Below are positions 35,025 through 36,726 of a DNA stretch of 36,726 bases, piece after piece. How positions within the stretch are numbered: the first letter of the stretch is position 1; each line of letters opens with the position of its first letter. Where the stretch lies: contig NC_068982.1 of the NCBI RefSeq assembly GCF_001194135.2, positions 163,617,860 through 163,654,585 of the forward strand, read 5' to 3'. The notes beneath the pieces were generated by a model, which was given only the letters and a program-made list of their open reading frames with translations, ran no database searches and had not been told where the DNA came from. The position numbers and the translations under genes are program-made. Origin of the DNA: Octopus bimaculoides. Taxonomy: Eukaryota.

Positions 35025-35442
35025 TATGTGCTTGTGTATGTGTGTGCATGTGCATGTATGCATGATGCCTGCATCTTTATCTTTTCTGCAGCTGCTCCTA
35101 CTTCTATATTATGCAGGGTTGACATGTATCTCCTCTACTGCAAAGTGTTTGAGCCTGTTGCTCTATCATACTTTAGGCTCGCAATATCTGGAATGAACCC
35201 ACCTTTTCCTCTCTCTCAAATATAACTCCTCTCACTTGAGAGAGAGATTTTCCACTTCTTTTTTCCTTGTCTTGCAACCTTGCTGGTCTAGTGGTACCAA
35301 AAAATCACTCAGTTGACATTGTAAAATGGTTGGCATTGGGAAGGGTATCCATGCCAAAGCAAGAGCTCAATACAATCCTATGGCTCATTATCAGATCTTG
35401 TCAAACTATCCATCTCATGCCAGCATGGAAAGTACACATTAA

Positions 35443-35655
35443 CCCTTTAACATTCACATTATTCTCTCAAATGTTATGCTTATTTATTTATATCTTTTTG
35501 AATTAATCATGCATTATCGTCATAGCTTCGAGATTTCAATGATTCATTTTTAGAATGATGTTGTTGGGTAGGCGTGAGAGGCTAGATCTGGCTGGTTCAG
35601 ACATAGAGCAGGTAGAATATTTGGGCCAGATATGGCTGGTTTAAATGCTAAAGGT
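35443..35655. mobile_element. piggyBac-type MITE at a TTAA site
   Basis: TTAA|CCCTTTAACATT ... AATGCTAAAGGT|TTAA, with TTAA at 35439-42 and 35656-59. Confidence 0.85.
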
Positions 35656-35688
35656 TTAAATAATGATGATGAGTATGATGACAATAAT

Positions 35689-35898
35689 CCTTTCTACTAT
35701 AAGCACAAGGCCTGAAATTTGGCAGGGGCATTGACAACTACATAGACCCCAGTACTCAACTAGTACTTAATTTATCGACCTTGAAAGGATTAAAGGCAAA
35801 GTCGACCTTGGCAGAATTTGAACTCAGAACGTAGTGACAGGCGAAATGCCGCTAAGCATTTCGTCCAAAGTGCTAACAACTCTGCCAGCTCGCTGACT
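35689..35898 (-). mobile_element. Full-length SINE (family B) with a 15-bp TSD
   Basis: TSD tatgatgacaataat at 35674-35688 and 35899-35913. Length 210 bp versus 212 bp for the 33595 copy. Confidence 0.9.
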
Positions 35899-36524
35899 TA
35901 TGATGACAATAATGATGATGATGGTGATGTTTATGCACACATGCACAGGCACACATGCATGCACAGGTACATGCACACACACATGCACAGGTACATGTAC
36001 ACACACACAAACACATGCACACACATTTATAACAAACAACCTAAGTACTTGCTCACACTGAATTAACACAAACATGTTTTGAGATTCGCACCTAAATCAT
36101 CCAGTCATAACACATCTTTTACAATTCAATTATTCTGAGACTGACAAACACCTTTAAAAGTCGCCTACAATATTTGCAAACATAATACAATAAGAGTAAT
36201 TAACGAATGAAGAACCTTAACTGAATTAATAAATGTAGAACCTTAACCTTAACTAAATCAATAAACCTAGAATGAATAATCATATTAATAACACACCCTC
36301 ACCAAAAAAAAAAAAATAATAACTAATGAAGAACCATAAAAATAACTAAACAATAAGCAAAACAAAAAACAACAACTAAATAATGCCAAATAATAAGCAA
36401 ACACAAAACCACAACAACATCAATGAATCATAAAAACTGAGTTGTAGCAGCCCTCACCTGCAGACCACAATGGCATGAAACTTGAGTTGTAAGCTAGAAA
36501 TTCAGATCCAATATGCTAAAAATA

Positions 36525-36726
36525 CAGGGTGGCCCAAAAGTAGGTGTATGATTATTCAACTATCTCTTTTGCATTCATATATTAACAGTTTAAATCTCAA
36601 TTATAAAAAAAATATGAAACCATTATTCTGTGCTAATTGTAAGATTGGAATTTAAAGGTAATAAAATGTTTTAAAAGAAATTTAAAGTGCCTACGTGATA
36701 ACTGTAAACCTACTTTTGGGCCACCC
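36525..36726. mobile_element. Tc1/mariner-type MITE (right TIR cut by the window edge)
   Basis: TA|CAGGGTGGCCCAAAAGTAGG ... CCTACTTTTGGGCCACCC, with 18 bp perfectly inverted. Confidence 0.88.

Noticed and set aside
895-36075. Numerous ORFs rich in YI, CV, HT, ER, SS and II repeats
   Set aside because: Translations of (TA)n, (TG)n, (CA)n, (GA)n, (CAT)n and (AAT)n microsatellites.

Overview
AT-rich, microsatellite- and transposon-dense animal genomic DNA with many assembly gaps. The repeat repertoire (tRNA-derived SINEs, RTE-LINE tails ending in (TGA)n, very abundant (TA)n/(CA)n/(GA)n) suggests an octopus or other coleoid cephalopod; this is inference from recalled repeat families. Only one protein-coding exon is confidently recognisable: the first coding exon of MOGS (ER glucosidase I) on the minus strand at 19019-18580. 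I found no later MOGS exon, so 1-18579 is probably intron. A CpG/ETS-rich segment at about 19.4-19.9 kb looks like a promoter and may be bidirectional, with weak evidence for a spliced plus-strand gene. The rest is mostly degraded RTE and CR1/L2-group LINEs, two SINE families, a Helitron, Tc1/mariner, hAT and piggyBac MITEs, and several nested insertions. The most interesting signal is seven hammerhead-ribozyme-like cores of Penelope-LTR type between 7.3 and 16.1 kb. One has an intact core with an 86-nt domain II, two pairs are head-to-head inverted, and all four copies on the MOGS-sense strand carry core lesions. No database searches or folding programs were run; family names come from motif recognition, and many repeat boundaries are approximate.
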